From: Octopus sinensis
Taxonomy: Eukaryota
DNA length: 64,000 nt
NCBI RefSeq assembly: GCF_006345805.1
Contig: NC_043008.1
Coordinates: 75,206,001 to 75,270,000, forward strand
Direction: 5' to 3'
Positions 63,842 through 64,000 of the stretch are shown here, piece by piece (within the stretch, counting starts at the first letter, position 1; every line of letters starts with the position of its first letter). The notes under the pieces were generated by a model, which did no database searches, had not been told where the DNA came from, and worked only from the letters and a program-made list of their open reading frames with translations. Made by a program: the position numbers and the translations under genes.

Positions 63842-64000
63842 TATGGCAGTCCATAAATATAGAACGAAAGCTGCCGTTGATTAGCTCCAAGAGGCCAACG
63901 CCTCTAAGTCACTCTAAAGGAGATTAGGACAGCGGTACTGGATATTAATAGTTGGAGCTAATCAGCAGCAGCTTTCATCCTATATTTATGGAGTGCCATA
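63842..64000. repeat. 49-bp inverted repeat, 61-bp spacer (MITE-like; may extend past the window)
   Basis: tatggcagtccataaatatagaacgaaagctgccgttgattagctccaa versus reverse complement at 63952-64000, about 6 mismatches. Confidence 0.8.

Overview
AT-rich, microsatellite-dense eukaryotic DNA. The repeat families and (TA)n/(CA)n/(AAT)n load point to a cephalopod, probably Octopus; this is inferred from pattern recall, not a database search. One host gene is supported: a six-exon, minus-strand secreted chymotrypsin-fold (S1A) serine protease, CDS 33789 to 15397, 270 aa. It has a signal peptide, intact His/Asp/Ser triad, GT-AG introns with matching phases, a TATA+Inr promoter and AATAAA. It carries unusual residues: Glu189, Ala226, His192, Cys25/Cys117 with Pro at 122, and an RVKR-NLHH-IIDG activation segment. 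The rest is mobile DNA: R4/Dong-type RLE retrotransposons in trinucleotide repeats, CR1-like LINE 3' ends in (TA)n (one tandemly duplicated), RTE fragments, Penelope-like elements, tRNA-derived SINEs (one ending in a minimal hammerhead-ribozyme fold), Tc1, mariner and maT-like transposons, Helitron pieces, MITEs/palindromes and a small LTR-like element with a tRNA-Trp primer-binding site. Most ORFs in the supplied track are microsatellite translation artefacts. All alignments and motif matches were done by eye.
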